Of a DNA stretch of 43,894 nucleotides, positions 7,685-16,554 are shown piece after piece (position 1 is the stretch's first letter; every line of letters begins with the position of its first letter). Below the pieces are notes generated by a model. The model was not told the DNA's origin. It saw only the letters and a list, made by a program, of their open reading frames with translations, and made no database searches. This stretch comes from a virus (Duplodnaviria > Caudoviricetes): positions 1 to 43,894 of IMG/VR virus record IMGVR_UViG_3300027323_000003. The stretch is one strand, 5' to 3'. A program made the position numbers and the translations under genes.

Positions 7685-7945
7685 TCAATCGACGGTGTAA
7701 TAGCGCAGCGTCGTCACCCACTCGTTGCCGTCGAGGCGCGACGTGGAGACGGCGGGCGAGCGGTACGCGTCGATGCCGCTGGCGCGCCGTTGCGCGGCCT
7801 GCTGCACGGCTTCACGGTTCAGGCCGCGGTACTCGATCTCGTGCGTCGAATCGCAGCGGATGACGCGGCTGCGCACGCCTGCCGGCAACTGCGGCGGGGC
7901 GATGCCGCGCAGGGCGGTCTGGAAAATAGGGTGCAGGTTGCTCAT
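7685..7945 (-). CDS. Phage hypothetical protein
   Basis: 86 aa, AAGGAG RBS, MSNLHPIFQTAL start. Confidence 0.7.
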   Translation of the reverse strand: MSNLHPIFQTALRGIAPPQLPAGVRSRVIRCDSTHEIEYRGLNREAVQQAAQRRASGIDAYRSPAVSTSRLDGNEWVTTLRYYTVD

Positions 7946-7973
7946 GACCGGCTCCTTGTGAGTGGAGTTGTGG

Positions 7974-8297
7974 TCAGGCGGACATCAGCTCGGCAGCAAG
8001 CTTGGCGGCGCCGATGACGCGGCAGGCTTGCTCAGCAGCACGAGCTGCAGCTGCTGCGGCAGCGCGCTTGCCCTGTTCGACCAGGTCGCGAGCCTCTGCA
8101 GCCGAGATCTTGCTGATGCCGTTGTGGGGGACGAAAGAGTAGAACTGCTCGCCGCGCACCAGGACATAGGCGTCCGGGGCGAAATCACCCGGGGTAGCGA
8201 CCTTGGCGACGACCGTTAGGCCGCTCAGGAAGCCAACCTTCACCTGCTGGCCGACCTGCCATGCTTGCTTGCTCTTCGTGATCATCTTGCACTCCAT
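7974..8297 (-). CDS. Phage hypothetical protein, first gene of leftward early operon (start may be 8285)
   Basis: ORF directly downstream of PL-like promoter; GGAG precedes MITKSK. Confidence 0.7.
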   Translation of the reverse strand: MECKMITKSKQAWQVGQQVKVGFLSGLTVVAKVATPGDFAPDAYVLVRGEQFYSFVPHNGISKISAAEARDLVEQGKRAAAAAAARAAEQACRVIGAAKLAAELMSA

Positions 8298-8316
8298 CGG
8301 CTGGTTGATGGACCCA

Positions 8317-8389
8317 ATTAAACACTATGTTTAGACGAATGTCAAACACGGTGTTTAGTTTGCGTGATCATGACGAAACAACATGTGTA
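8317..8389 (-). promoter_or_regulatory. PL-like promoter with three operators (OL)
   Basis: Minus strand TTGACA(8345-8340)-17 nt-TTTAAT(8322-8317); AAAC-N5-GTTT palindromes at 8319-8333, 8343-8357 and degenerate 8375-8389. Confidence 0.8.
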
Positions 8390-8402
8390 GTTTCTGGGCA
8401 AC

Positions 8403-8427
8403 AAAAAGCCCACCGCGAAGGTGGGCT
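8403..8427 (-). terminator. Intrinsic terminator after cI-lipoprotein unit
   Basis: AGCCCACC/GGTGGGCT stem followed by T-run on minus strand. Confidence 0.75.
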
Positions 8428-8447
8428 AATGCCGGAGCGGGAGGAAG

Positions 8448-8927
8448 TTACGAGCGAGTACTGCGCCTATATGGCTTTAGCTGGCCGTTCATGGCATCGA
8501 TCATAACTGCTGAAATAACGGCGTTTCCGGGGTTGCGCACCGTTTCGGATTTGATGGTTTGCCCGTTGATGGCGATCTTCGATTTGATGAACTCGCATGG
8601 CGACTTGCAAGAGAACGTGTCGGTAGCCCCATTGCCGACAGCCATCACGACCGTGTGTGAACCGTCTTTAACGCCCAAGTAGCGCACCATAATCAGGGCT
8701 GAAGCCGCCTTGCCGGCCTTACGTTCATCCTCACTGAGGCTCGGTTCATAGCCGTATTCGCCATCCTCTTCCAAGGAGTAGAGGTGGGCCGGCCTGGACG
8801 GCGGCGCAGGCACCGCGACTGCATCTTTGCTAGCCGACTGTGGCGAGGATTGCAGCTGCTTTGGCTCTTCGCCCTTCCCGCATGCTGCCAAGACCGCGAC
8901 AGTAAAAACGCACAACAGCTTTTTCAT
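8448..8927 (-). CDS. Lipoprotein downstream of cI (possible superinfection exclusion)
   Basis: MKKLLCVFTVAVLAAC lipobox; lower GC; co-oriented with cI. Confidence 0.75.
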   Translation of the reverse strand: MKKLLCVFTVAVLAACGKGEEPKQLQSSPQSASKDAVAVPAPPSRPAHLYSLEEDGEYGYEPSLSEDERKAGKAASALIMVRYLGVKDGSHTVVMAVGNGATDTFSCKSPCEFIKSKIAINGQTIKSETVRNPGNAVISAVMIDAMNGQLKPYRRSTRS

Positions 8928-8966
8928 TTTTGACCCCACCCCATACCCCGCGAAGATCGCAGGGAG

Positions 8967-9704
8967 TTAGAACCGCGTCTTGATCTTCTTCCGCCTTACT
9001 GGATGCGCAACGTAGTACATCCACGTGATCTCATCCGGCTTAAAAAACAGCGTTCCAGGTTCGCCATACGACCCCAATTGAAGGCCATCAGCACGCCGAA
9101 CTAGCAGTCTCTTGAGGAGGGTCTCGCCGGTCTTCAGGCGCACTAGAACATCGTCACCTAGATCCACTTCCGTGCCTGGCTCGACGAAAGCGAAATCGCC
9201 TGGGTTATAAACGGGAGCCATTGACGTGCCGATGATCGGCGTAAGGAAGGCGTGCGGATCGTCCGTCGCCAGCACTGCGTATTCTTCAGTTGCGCCCACC
9301 AGGTAACCGCCGTCAGTCCAAATCCTCTCAGGAAGGCCGCCATTGGCCCGCCCCACGACATACACAGGACGCGCGGGGGAGCTGCCTACCGGGATATTCG
9401 GGTCGGGCAGCCGCGACACATTGTAAGCAGGCGCTCCAGAGCTCTCGTTAAGTTTTTCTTCAATCTGACTTGAGCCGGATTTTTGCTTGACAGCCTCCAT
9501 AGGCGGAATGCCTGTCTGCAGCCAAGTAGCGCTGCATCCAATCTCAGCTTGGGCCTTAAGCATTCCGCCCTGGGAAATGCCTCTTCGTTCCCAGTTATTG
9601 ACGGTCTGCTGCGACTGATTGAGTGCTCGCGCCACATCGGTAGGCGTTTCTAGCCCCTTAAGTGTCTTCGCTGCCTCATAGAGGCGAACCATGGTTTCGT
9701 GCAT
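8967..9704 (-). CDS. cI: CI-like repressor (HTH plus S24 peptidase)
   Basis: DVARALNQSQQTVNNWERRG HTH; GTSMAP serine and LLKRL lysine of S24 domain; divergent from cro. Confidence 0.88.
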   Translation of the reverse strand: MHETMVRLYEAAKTLKGLETPTDVARALNQSQQTVNNWERRGISQGGMLKAQAEIGCSATWLQTGIPPMEAVKQKSGSSQIEEKLNESSGAPAYNVSRLPDPNIPVGSSPARPVYVVGRANGGLPERIWTDGGYLVGATEEYAVLATDDPHAFLTPIIGTSMAPVYNPGDFAFVEPGTEVDLGDDVLVRLKTGETLLKRLLVRRADGLQLGSYGEPGTLFFKPDEITWMYYVAHPVRRKKIKTRF

Positions 9705-9724
9705 GGCGCGGATGTTCTCACGAG

Positions 9725-9780
9725 TAAACGTTCTGTTGATAAACGTGGCGTTTGACTTCCAATTAAACATCATGTTTAAT
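9725..9780 (+). promoter_or_regulatory. PR-like promoter with three operators (OR)
   Basis: TTGACT(9752-9757)-17 nt-TTTAAT(9775-9780); TAAAC-N5-GTT(T/G) sites at 9725-9739, 9740-9754, 9764-9778. Confidence 0.8.
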
Positions 9781-9786
9781 AAGGCC

Positions 9787-10062
9787 ATGAACGCGAAACC
9801 GACCGCCGTCCACGCTGACTGGCAACTCATCGAGAGCCTTGGGGGTCCAGCCCAAGTCGCAAAGCTGCTGGGTTACGACCTCAAGCGGGGCGGGATCCAG
9901 CGAGTCCACAACTGGAGGGTAAGAGGAGTTCCGCCCTCCGTAAAGCTCGCTCACCCGTCTCTTTTCCTGAAAGAACTTACCCATAGCCAGGACGCCAGCG
10001 ACGACGCTCAGCCGCCAGTCGGCACATCGAGTCGCGGGGCAAAGAAGAAGATTCGAAAGTAG
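9787..10062 (+). CDS. cro: Cro-like HTH regulator
   Basis: LIESLGGPAQVAKLLG...QRVHNWRVRGVP; divergent from cI. Confidence 0.8.
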   Translation: MNAKPTAVHADWQLIESLGGPAQVAKLLGYDLKRGGIQRVHNWRVRGVPPSVKLAHPSLFLKELTHSQDASDDAQPPVGTSSRGAKKKIRK

Positions 10063-10124
10063 GTATCGCATTACGCGGGGCCGTGGGCATCGGGTTGATG
10101 CCTTCTTTTTTAGGCGAGGCGCAA

Positions 10125-10547
10125 GTGTCCATTCAACTATCAAGTGATGCCACTCAACTGGAAATTCCTCTGATGTGCCTTATGGAACGTCCTCAATCGG
10201 TTGATCAGGAAATTGTGGCGGCCATCGGCGATGAGTCGTCGCTAATTCGCAAAGCCATTGAACTGAGCCGGTACAAGTTCATGGAAAAGACCTATGCCGG
10301 CTACCTGGGCCTCTCTCCGTCTCAGTTCAGCAAGATCAAGAACGGGAAGGATGGTTCCGGGAAAGTGTGGCATCTGCCGATCACTGCGATCGCGCGGTTC
10401 GAATGTTTGGTGGGGCACACGCTTCTGACCCAGTGGATCGCGTACCAGCGTGACCTGATGTTCTGCGATGACCTGCGCGAGTTGCACGAAGCGGAGCGAA
10501 AGGCTGCAGAGCTGAGGGCACGCATCTTGGGGAAGGCAGCGGCTTGA
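10125..10547 (+). CDS. CII-like transcription regulator (start uncertain)
   Basis: Position after cro; AGYLGLSPSQFSKIKNG HTH; GHTLLTQW. Confidence 0.6.
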   Translation: MSIQLSSDATQLEIPLMCLMERPQSVDQEIVAAIGDESSLIRKAIELSRYKFMEKTYAGYLGLSPSQFSKIKNGKDGSGKVWHLPITAIARFECLVGHTLLTQWIAYQRDLMFCDDLRELHEAERKAAELRARILGKAAA

Positions 10548-10617
10548 TCCGCGAGTGCCCGTCAAAGGCACCACGGACGTAGTAACGAAAGCATTTACCG
10601 GAAATCCCGGGGGAATC

Positions 10618-10839
10618 ATGGAACAGCTCACTGGCCCACAGCGGGCCAAGACGCGCGGCACTCGCCGGCGCGCTCTCAATACCGCGCCGCTGACCACCGA
10701 AGCCCGCCAGCACGCCCACATCGACGAGCTTTGCCACCGCATGACTGTCGCTGAATCGCGCGCCGTGCGCGTACAGCTGTGCGCCGAACTGAAGCAGGCG
10801 ATCGCTGAATACCTGAAGACGGCGGGGGGCTCGCGGTAA
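10618..10839 (+). CDS. Phage hypothetical protein
   Basis: 73 aa; stop overlaps start of replication gene. Confidence 0.55.
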   Translation: MEQLTGPQRAKTRGTRRRALNTAPLTTEARQHAHIDELCHRMTVAESRAVRVQLCAELKQAIAEYLKTAGGSR

Positions 10840-11642
10840 TGGCTGGTGACTGGATCAAGATGCGGACCGACCTCTTCACGCATCCGAAAGTTGTCCGCAT
10901 TTCGTCCGCATTGAAAGCGGACAGATTTAGGACAGTTGGCGGACTGATGTCCGTTTGGTGTCTGTTCGATGCGCACTCAACTGACGGGCAACTCGAAGGT
11001 TACAGCTTGGCGACGGTCGACGATCTGATCGGCTGGCAAGGCTTCGCTACTGCGATGCAGACGGTTGGTTGGCTGGAAGATTGCCCGGGAGGCCTTGTCC
11101 TGCCTGAGTTTGACAAGCACAACGGCCAGTCAGCGAAACGTCGAGCACAGGATAGTGACCGCAAACGAGCCGGACGTTTGTCCGCATCAGAAGCGGACAA
11201 AAACGGGACTAGAGGAGAGGAGAGAAGAGAAGAGTCTTCTTCTACTACTCCTAACGGAGTAGTTGTCGACAGCGACCCCGCTGACGACTTCACGCTGGGC
11301 GACGCGGTGCAGTCGAAGTCGAAGGCTGCTCGTCCTGAATGCCCGCATCAGGAAATCATCGCGCTCTACCACGAGATCCTGCCGATGTGTCCGTCCATCC
11401 GTGACTGGACGCCCAGCAGGCAGCAGGCACTGCGTGGCCGATGGAATGAGGACCCGAAGCGCCAGAACCTCGAGTACTGGCGGACCTTCTTCACGTACGT
11501 CTCGCAATCCAAGTTCCTCACCGGTCGGGCTAAGACCCAGGAAGGCCGCAAGCCCTTCCTTGTCAGCCTCGACTGGATCGTCAAGGCCGAGAACTTCACC
11601 AAGATCCGCGAAGAGCGGTACCACAACGAGGATGCCGCATGA
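10839..11642 (+). CDS. Replication initiator protein (O-like)
   Basis: MAGDWIKMRTDL..HPKV N-terminus; SLDWIVKAENFTKIREERY C-terminus; upstream of helicase. Confidence 0.8.
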   Translation: MAGDWIKMRTDLFTHPKVVRISSALKADRFRTVGGLMSVWCLFDAHSTDGQLEGYSLATVDDLIGWQGFATAMQTVGWLEDCPGGLVLPEFDKHNGQSAKRRAQDSDRKRAGRLSASEADKNGTRGEERREESSSTTPNGVVVDSDPADDFTLGDAVQSKSKAARPECPHQEIIALYHEILPMCPSIRDWTPSRQQALRGRWNEDPKRQNLEYWRTFFTYVSQSKFLTGRAKTQEGRKPFLVSLDWIVKAENFTKIREERYHNEDAA

Positions 11643-13030
11643 ACGCGATCGATGATTTTCCACAGGCCCGGGCGCTTTACAGCGTCGAGGCCGAGCAGGC
11701 CGTGCTGGGCGGCCTGCTGCTCGACAACGATGCAATCGACCGCCTGAACGGGCTGGAAGCCGCGCACTTCTACCGCGACGATCACCGGCTGATCTTCTCT
11801 GCGGTGATCCGCCTGGTCTCGGCGAACAAGCCGGCCGATGTGATCACGGTCTTCGAAATGCTCCAGTCCAATGCACAGGCAGAACGTGCCGGGGGCCTGC
11901 AGTACCTGAACGCCGTCGCGCAGAGCACGCCGAGCGCTGCGAACGTCAGCCGCTACGCCGAGATCGTGCGCGACCGCGCGCTGCTCCGGGAGACCGCTAC
12001 AGCTGCGCGCAAGGTACTCGAGCTCGTTGAGACGCCGAGCCCGATGAAGGGCGCAGAAGTCGTCGACAAGGCGCAGTCGCTGCTCGCCCAACTGGCGTCG
12101 GTCGGCGTGCGCAGCGAGCCGAAGATGATCGCCGAGCTGCTGGTGCCGGTTGTCGAGCAGGTCGACGAGCGCTATCACAGCCGGATTGAACCCGGCATTT
12201 CGACCGGCATTGATGCCCTTGACCGTGCACTGAACGGCGGTCTCCATGACGGCAACCTGGTGATCGTGGCCGGCCGCCCGTCGATGGGCAAGACAGCGCT
12301 GACCACCGACCTCGGGCTGAACATCGCACACGCCGGTCGCAGCGTGCTGCTGGATTCGATGGAGATGTCCGATTCCGAGATCGTTGCCCGCGCGCTGGCC
12401 AATCGCGGCGGCATCAACCTGTCGGCGCTGCTGTCTGGGCGCCTGCAGGACGCGGACTGGCCGCGCCTGACTTGGGCAGTCCAGAACCTGGGCGGCATGC
12501 GTTTCGCCATCGATGACACGCCGGCCATGTCGCTGCTCGATGTTAAGACCAAAGCCAAGGCGCACAAGCGCAAGCATGGCCTCGACGTGCTGATCGTCGA
12601 CTACCTTGGCCTGATGTCTGGCGGCGAGGAAAAGATGCGCACGCAGCAGATCGGCGCGTACTCGCGCGGCCTGAAGTCGCTGGCCAAGGAGCTGGGGATC
12701 CCCGTCGTCGCGCTCGCGCAGCTCAGCCGGAAGAACGAAGAGCGCTCTGACCGGAAGCCGATTCTGTCCGACCTGCGCGACTCGGGCGATATCGAGCAGG
12801 ACGCGGACGTGGTGATGTTCGTGCACCGCCCGGAGATGTACGACCCGAACAACTCGGACCTGAAGGGTTACGCCGAGGTTCTGATCCGTAAGAACCGGAA
12901 TGGCGCGCTTTGCGACGTGCCGTTGCTCTACAAGGGGCCGGTCACGAAGTTCGATGAATGGACTGGGCCGCTGCCGATGCTGAGTCACGGCCCGGCCGTC
13001 CGCAAACGCGGCATCGCTGCGGAACTGTGA
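11639..13030 (+). CDS. dnaB: Replicative DNA helicase, DnaB family
   Basis: EAEQAVLGGLLL, Walker A AGRPSMGKT, IVDYLGLM, LAQLSR, SDLRDSGDIEQDAD, KNRNG. Confidence 0.95.
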   Translation: MNAIDDFPQARALYSVEAEQAVLGGLLLDNDAIDRLNGLEAAHFYRDDHRLIFSAVIRLVSANKPADVITVFEMLQSNAQAERAGGLQYLNAVAQSTPSAANVSRYAEIVRDRALLRETATAARKVLELVETPSPMKGAEVVDKAQSLLAQLASVGVRSEPKMIAELLVPVVEQVDERYHSRIEPGISTGIDALDRALNGGLHDGNLVIVAGRPSMGKTALTTDLGLNIAHAGRSVLLDSMEMSDSEIVARALANRGGINLSALLSGRLQDADWPRLTWAVQNLGGMRFAIDDTPAMSLLDVKTKAKAHKRKHGLDVLIVDYLGLMSGGEEKMRTQQIGAYSRGLKSLAKELGIPVVALAQLSRKNEERSDRKPILSDLRDSGDIEQDADVVMFVHRPEMYDPNNSDLKGYAEVLIRKNRNGALCDVPLLYKGPVTKFDEWTGPLPMLSHGPAVRKRGIAAEL

Positions 13031-13037
13031 GGCATCC

Positions 13038-13598
13038 ATGACCGACCTGTTCGAAGAGATCGTCGCTTCCGATATTTCGACCTCAAATGAGGCGCCGAAA
13101 ACGGACATCGCGCTCGCAGAAGTAGGTACGCCCACCTGCAATCTGAACATTCTGGCCATCGACATCGGCACCACTACGGGCTGGGCGCTGGGCCTGCGCG
13201 ACGGGAAGCTGCACAGCGGCAGCGAGTCGTTTGCGCCCAAGCGCCTCGACGGTCCCGGCCAGCGCTGGCTCAAGTTCGCAGCGTGGCTCGGTGAGCGCGC
13301 GCGCCAGGCCGGCGAGATCCATGCCGTGTACTACGAGCTGGTGCTCCGGCACACCGCGGTGCAGGCCGCGCACGTGTACGGCGGCTTCGAGGCGCACCTG
13401 CAGGCGTGGGCCGATCGCAACCGCATCCGTTTGGTCGGCGTGCCGGTGCCCGTCATCAAGAAGTCGGCGACGGGGAAGGGCAACGCCAACAAGGACGCCA
13501 TGGTGGCAGCCATGCGCCAGCGCGGCCACCGCGTCGTCGACGACAACCATGCCGATGCGCTGGCGCTGCTCGAGTACGCGCAGCGGGAGGAAAGCTGA
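13038..13598 (+). CDS. RuvC-like Holliday junction resolvase
   Basis: ILAIDIGTTTGWA, YYE, IKKSATGKGNANKDAM, DNHADALAL. Confidence 0.85.
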   Translation: MTDLFEEIVASDISTSNEAPKTDIALAEVGTPTCNLNILAIDIGTTTGWALGLRDGKLHSGSESFAPKRLDGPGQRWLKFAAWLGERARQAGEIHAVYYELVLRHTAVQAAHVYGGFEAHLQAWADRNRIRLVGVPVPVIKKSATGKGNANKDAMVAAMRQRGHRVVDDNHADALALLEYAQREES

Positions 13599-13999
13599 TG
13601 GGCATCCTCGAACAACCGCAATCCCTGCAGCAGGTCCTGCGTGGCGTCTTTCTCCGCGGCGAGAAGGTCGTCGCCACGCGTTTCGCCACCCAATACGGCT
13701 TCACGCGGCAGGGCGTCAGCGAAGGCCTCAAGGCGATGCGCAAGCGCGGACTGATCCAGCCGCGCGAGCTCGAGCGCGCTTCCGCCGGCACGGCTCCCAT
13801 CGAATGGTCGTGCGTCGACCTGGCCGCCATGCAGGCCTACCAGCCGAAGGTGCAGACGCACAACCCGATGGTGGCTCGGCGCCGGCCAACCGGCCCCTTC
13901 GCGGCGCTGCTGGAAGTCTGGGGTATCCGGCCGGCGGACATCCGTCTGCCGACCATGCGGCACGTGATGATCACCAACGACCCAGCGGAGGCCGCGTGA
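13598..13999 (+). CDS. Hypothetical protein, possible HTH
   Basis: TGATG coupling; FATQYGFTRQGVSEGLKAMRKRGLI. Confidence 0.6.
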   Translation: MGILEQPQSLQQVLRGVFLRGEKVVATRFATQYGFTRQGVSEGLKAMRKRGLIQPRELERASAGTAPIEWSCVDLAAMQAYQPKVQTHNPMVARRRPTGPFAALLEVWGIRPADIRLPTMRHVMITNDPAEAA

Positions 14000-14041
14000 T
14001 GGATGCAGGAAAGCTGAATTTCAACTCACAAGGGAGCAACC

Positions 14042-14203
14042 ATGAATCTGGCCTTTGAGCACGTGGTGATCATCTGCATCGCCGTCTTTATCGCCGGCAC
14101 GTGCTTCGGCGTGCTGCTCATGAGCCTGGTGCAGATGGACCGCGACGAGCGGCTTCCGAAGATCGAAGAGCTGCGCACTGTGCCGGCACCGGAAGGAGAC
14201 TGA
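14042..14203 (+). CDS. Small membrane protein (53 aa)
   Basis: GGGAG RBS; VVIICIAVFIAGTCFGVLLMSLV hydrophobic segment. Confidence 0.55.
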   Translation: MNLAFEHVVIICIAVFIAGTCFGVLLMSLVQMDRDERLPKIEELRTVPAPEGD

Positions 14204-14204
14204 A

Positions 14205-14309
14205 ATGCGAAGTGACTGGAATGGGTACTGCATTCGCTGCGGCGGCTTTGGCCACCGCTCGTCGAGCTGCATGCGCTGGAATGGCGTCCGTCTGGCGAGG
14301 CCGGTATGA
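14205..14309 (+). CDS. 34-aa CCHC zinc-knuckle mini-protein
   Basis: MRSDWNGYCIRCGGFGHRSSSCMRWNGVRLARPV; AAGGAG RBS; ATGA coupling to ninB. Confidence 0.55.
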   Translation: MRSDWNGYCIRCGGFGHRSSSCMRWNGVRLARPV

Positions 14310-14725
14310 GCGACAAGCGCATCTTCATCCTGTCCCACCGGCAGGCGCGCGCTGGCGCCGAGCTGGCGATTCGCGGAGCTCCCGACGGCTATGTCGTCAC
14401 CATCTGCGAGCCGACCCGGACGCTCGACCAGAACGCGAAGCTGTGGCCGATGCTGTCGGACGTCTCGAAGCAGGTCGAATGGCACGGCCAGAAGCTGACC
14501 ACCGACGAATGGAAGGACGTCTTCACCGCCGCGCTGCGCCGGCAGAAGGCCGTGCCTGGTCTCGATGGAGGATTCGTTGTCTGCGGCCAGTCCACCAGCA
14601 AGATGGGCAAGCGCGAGTTCGCCCAGCTGATCGAGCTGATCTATGCCTTCGGTGCCGAGCGGGATGTGCGGTGGAGTGAGCCGGTGCCTGAATGGCTCAC
14701 GCAAGCAGCAGAGGTGGCTGCATGA
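14306..14725 (+). CDS. ninB: NinB-family recombination protein
   Basis: RTLDQNAKLWPMLSDVSKQVEWHG...STSKMGKREFAQLIELIYAFGAE. Confidence 0.88.
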   Translation: MSDKRIFILSHRQARAGAELAIRGAPDGYVVTICEPTRTLDQNAKLWPMLSDVSKQVEWHGQKLTTDEWKDVFTAALRRQKAVPGLDGGFVVCGQSTSKMGKREFAQLIELIYAFGAERDVRWSEPVPEWLTQAAEVAA

Positions 14726-15015
14726 CACAGCCACGCAGAACACATTTCGGCGCGCGACTGAAGCAGGCCAGGCTGAAGAGGCGGCTCGCCGTTCGCCAAC
14801 TCGGCGAGCGATCTGGGATCGATTATCGGTCGATCTACAAGTACGAAGACGAGAAGATCTCGCCCAACATCGAGGCCGCCGCCGCGCTCGCCCTAGCTCT
14901 CCATTGCTCGCTCGACTGGCTGTGCGGTCTGGGCGAAGAGCCCGGCGACGCCGCGGTACAACGCGCAGGTTGTAAAGCGGATATACAGCCTATCGATTGT
15001 GCGGAGGCCGCGTGA
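14722..15015 (+). CDS. XRE-family HTH protein
   Basis: FGARLKQARLKRRL..RQLGERSGI...IYKYE....P...LALALHCSLDWL. Confidence 0.8.
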   Translation: MTQPRRTHFGARLKQARLKRRLAVRQLGERSGIDYRSIYKYEDEKISPNIEAAAALALALHCSLDWLCGLGEEPGDAAVQRAGCKADIQPIDCAEAA

Positions 15016-15166
15016 TCAGCCGGTTCGGTCTCGCTAACGTCGCCAACGCGACCGTCACCACGCTTCTTAGCTGTGGGATCAATGAGCGCAGGCTTTCGTG
15101 GGGATACGTGCTCACCTGCGCGGCGCTGTTTGGCATCTGCTGGAACGTTTTCAGGTGCGACGACCT

Positions 15167-15364
15167 ATGACGCTGCCTGCGTACATGTATCGCGACCCCG
15201 CCGAGGTCTACGAGCAGAACGAGGCCCGCAGCTGCAAGGGCTGCGTCTACGAGAAGTCCGCCAGGCTGATGGGCACGGTGCACACGGTCTGCACGAAGCT
15301 GCTGCCGAACGGCAAGCGAAGGAATCACGGCAAGCGTTGCCAGTTTTTCGGGGAAAAGGAATGA
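15167..15364 (+). CDS. Small Cys-containing phage protein
   Basis: YRDPAEVYE..E.RSCKGC..C..RC; ATGA coupling. Confidence 0.6.
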   Translation: MTLPAYMYRDPAEVYEQNEARSCKGCVYEKSARLMGTVHTVCTKLLPNGKRRNHGKRCQFFGEKE

Positions 15365-15729
15365 AGGTATCGGAATTGGAGGGCTATCTCCTGAACTACT
15401 GGGTAGCGCGCGCTGATGGCCTACGCTGCGAGATCCGCAAGCGCCAGCCATGCGAGACGATGCACGCGTACATCTTCATCGACACGGCCGTACACACGGG
15501 ATACCCGCGCATCTACTCGGCATCGACCTACTGGAATGAGGGTGGCGAGATCATCGAGCGGGAGAGGATTGGCTTGATGCCGGCAGTGGAGGGCGGCGTG
15601 GCGTTTTGGATTGCTGCCCATCCGGACTATAGCGATCCCGTCCGGGGAAGTACGGCGCTGATCGCCGCAATGCGCGCCTATGTCGCCAGCAAGTTCGGAA
15701 ACGAGGTCACGGAGGCCGCCCATGGATAA
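15361..15729 (+). CDS. NinX/DUF2591-like phage protein
   Basis: MKVSELEG.LLNYWVARA...STYWNEGGEIIERERI...LIAAMRAYVASKFG. Confidence 0.75.
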   Translation: MKVSELEGYLLNYWVARADGLRCEIRKRQPCETMHAYIFIDTAVHTGYPRIYSASTYWNEGGEIIERERIGLMPAVEGGVAFWIAAHPDYSDPVRGSTALIAAMRAYVASKFGNEVTEAAHG

Positions 15730-16345
15730 GCCGCTGTTCGCAGATGTCTCCCACGCCCTGCATGTGTCCTACCTGGTGCTGTCGATGCCGCCACGGCAGA
15801 AGGCGCCATTCCGCAACATGTTGATCCAGCTGCTCGAGGCAATTGACGAACCAACGGCCGCGCAGGAGAAGTGGCTGGCCGAGCTGCGCGGGCCGCAGGG
15901 AGACTTCGACCCTGACCGGTTGAGCATGGATGAATATCGCGCCCAGTACGCGATGATCACGGACGCGGCGAAGACGCGCCTGCCCACCCCGGAATACGCA
16001 GCGGTGCTGGCCCGCTATGGCCACGGCGAGGAAAAGCTGGCCGGCTGCAAGCGCCTGGCGCTGTATGCCCGGCGCGCGTGCGGGATGACTGCGCTGGCGC
16101 TGCTGCTCGACCTGGTGATCCGCCACTACCTGCCGAAGGAACAGCGCGAGGACTACACGCTGCGCGCGATCGCCGAGAAGCGCAAGGTCACGAAGGACAA
16201 GGTATTCCGCGCGGCGAAGTGGATGGAGGCAAATTTCCGGTCGCTGGAGCTCATGGCCCTGCAGCGCCTTGAACCGTCTTTCGTGGCGCACGGTCTCGTT
16301 CCGGACCGTACAGCATGCGAAGAGGCGGCAGGCGTTGCCACATAA
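15722..16345 (+). CDS. Late-gene regulator, Q-like antiterminator
   Basis: Last early gene; C-terminal HTH (LRAIAEKRKVTKDKVFR); followed by promoter and terminator. Confidence 0.6.
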   Translation: MDKPLFADVSHALHVSYLVLSMPPRQKAPFRNMLIQLLEAIDEPTAAQEKWLAELRGPQGDFDPDRLSMDEYRAQYAMITDAAKTRLPTPEYAAVLARYGHGEEKLAGCKRLALYARRACGMTALALLLDLVIRHYLPKEQREDYTLRAIAEKRKVTKDKVFRAAKWMEANFRSLELMALQRLEPSFVAHGLVPDRTACEEAAGVAT

Positions 16346-16366
16346 GGGCTGGCGGCGAAAATCTCC

Positions 16367-16395
16367 TTGCCTTTTTGCGACAAGCGTTGTATGTT
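16367..16395 (+). promoter_or_regulatory. PR'-like late promoter
   Basis: TTGCCT-17 nt-TATGTT just after Q-like gene. Confidence 0.5.
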
Positions 16396-16422
16396 TCACC
16401 CAGACTCGCCGCAAGAGTCCCC

Positions 16423-16457
16423 AAAAGCCCGCCCGGTTCGCGCCGCGCGGGCTTTTT
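16423..16457 (+). terminator. tR'-like intrinsic terminator
   Basis: AAAAGCCCGC...GCGGGCTTTTT. Confidence 0.7.
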
Positions 16458-16472
16458 CCATTGGAGCCCGCC

Positions 16473-16547
16473 ATGTTCTGGATCACCTACTGGTTCCTGC
16501 TGTGGGGTGTCTCGGCACGTGCCTGCTGGCCCAACAACGATGGCTAA
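16473..16547 (+). CDS. 24-aa Trp-rich peptide
   Basis: GGAG RBS; MFWITYWFLLWGVSARACWPNNDG. Confidence 0.35.
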   Translation: MFWITYWFLLWGVSARACWPNNDG

Positions 16548-16554
16548 GGCAACC

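Noticed and set aside
9705-9830. Long N-terminal extensions of cI and cro from the ORF track
   Set aside because: They overlap each other and the operator/promoter region; shorter starts 9704 and 9787 fit better
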